IMG/VR virus record: IMGVR_UViG_2690316121_000006
Length of the DNA stretch: 64,000 bases
Direction: 5' to 3' (one strand)
From: a virus
Taxonomy: Duplodnaviria > Heunggongvirae > Uroviricota > Caudoviricetes
Part shown: one piece after another, positions 63,144-64,000 of the stretch
Layout of the letters: the number at the start of each line of letters is the position of its first letter
Position numbering within the stretch: the first letter of the stretch is position 1
Position numbers and translations under genes: made by a program
Notes under the pieces: model-generated
Told to the model about the DNA's origin: nothing
What the model saw: the letters and a program-made list of their open reading frames with translations, nothing else
Database searches by the model: none

Positions 63144-63187
63144 TAGTTAACGAGAACCCCGGCAGCCGCCGGGGTTATTTTTGGTGG

Positions 63188-63985
63188 TTATTTAAATGGA
63201 TTGATTGAATTATTAAACGTGATGATGCTTGTCTCACGCGGTGCCTGGACGTTAGCCGCTTGCGGAACCTCCTTAATTTTCTTGGTGACAGGCAAGTTGC
63301 GTGCGCCAACTTTGATCAGAGATTCGAAAAGTGTGGCAACGATTTTTGCATCACCAGGTTCTTTGAGGCGGAATGCGTCTTTTTGGGCGGCGGAGACGAA
63401 GATCGGGAGGTTATCCAGTTCGTCTTGCATTGCTGCCAGCACATCGTCGCGGATACCCGCTGTTTCCTCCAGCAAAGCGATTCGCGCTTCAGCATCTGCG
63501 ATCTTGGCCATTGCTTCGAGGTGGCGGCCCTGGCTTTCGAGTAGTGCGGTTTCCAGTTCTGCCGTACGCTCTGTCGCCTCCACCATCATTTCCAGTTCAG
63601 CCATTTTGCCGTAATGGGATATAACTGCCTGCACTGACTCGTCGGAGTACCCATGCGCCGCCAAGGACTCTGCCAGTAGAGATTTAGAATCCGCGCTTTC
63701 AAACATTCCGGCGCTGGCGGGATGATCCAGACTGATATAGTTCGGCGTTGTCACATAATCCACACCATGGAAGCTGGTGGTTACAGCGATTTTCCCGGAC
63801 TCACGCCCGCCAGTGGCCCAGCTCCAGCCACCAGCTCGGCTTTCGATCATCGCGGCGACAATTTTACCCGGCTCTGTGTTAAGAATTTCCTGTGTATGGG
63901 TAACGATGCCGTTGTCGTCAACAGATATAGCCACTGTTCGGCACGCTGGAACATTGTCGATTACGACCGGGCGACCTTCCACCAT
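63188..63985 (-). CDS. hypothetical coiled-coil protein
   Basis: 265-aa ORF; start lies 15 nt from the right window edge. Confidence 0.4.
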   Translation of the reverse strand: MVEGRPVVIDNVPACRTVAISVDDNGIVTHTQEILNTEPGKIVAAMIESRAGGWSWATGGRESGKIAVTTSFHGVDYVTTPNYISLDHPASAGMFESADSKSLLAESLAAHGYSDESVQAVISHYGKMAELEMMVEATERTAELETALLESQGRHLEAMAKIADAEARIALLEETAGIRDDVLAAMQDELDNLPIFVSAAQKDAFRLKEPGDAKIVATLFESLIKVGARNLPVTKKIKEVPQAANVQAPRETSIITFNNSINPFK

Positions 63986-64000
63986 GATTACGCTGGTTTC

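Overview
The window reads as one contiguous segment of a P1-like temperate myophage maintained as a plasmid prophage, not an integrated element. Nothing here is clearly unprecedented; the strongest candidates for something undescribed are an AT-rich four-gene envelope module (35.1-37.9 kb) and a protein with a Tad2/DUF2829-like C-terminal domain (60.8-61.6 kb). All calls rest on reading the sequence and on remembered family motifs; no searches or computations were run. Plasmid maintenance: a DnaA box and GATC cluster, five direct iterons, repA, an inverted iteron array, then parA, parB and a parS site with ATTTCAC boxes. Replication and modification (reverse strand): a DnaB-like helicase, three tRNAs (CAU, Thr, Asn) beside tRNA-like remnants, a fused Dcm+Dam methyltransferase, RdgC-like and SSB genes. 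Immunity and lytic replicon: a 17-bp operator (ATTGCTCTAATAAATTT type) recurs at eight or more sites, and an immI-like antirepressor operon abuts a kilA/repL-like pair. Virion and lysis: spike and PAAR-like proteins, a 1147-aa transglycosylase protein, a tail fibre with a Cin-type invertible segment, a SAR endolysin, holin-like and spanin-like genes, and a DarA-like late operon. No integrase, transposase or CRISPR array was seen.
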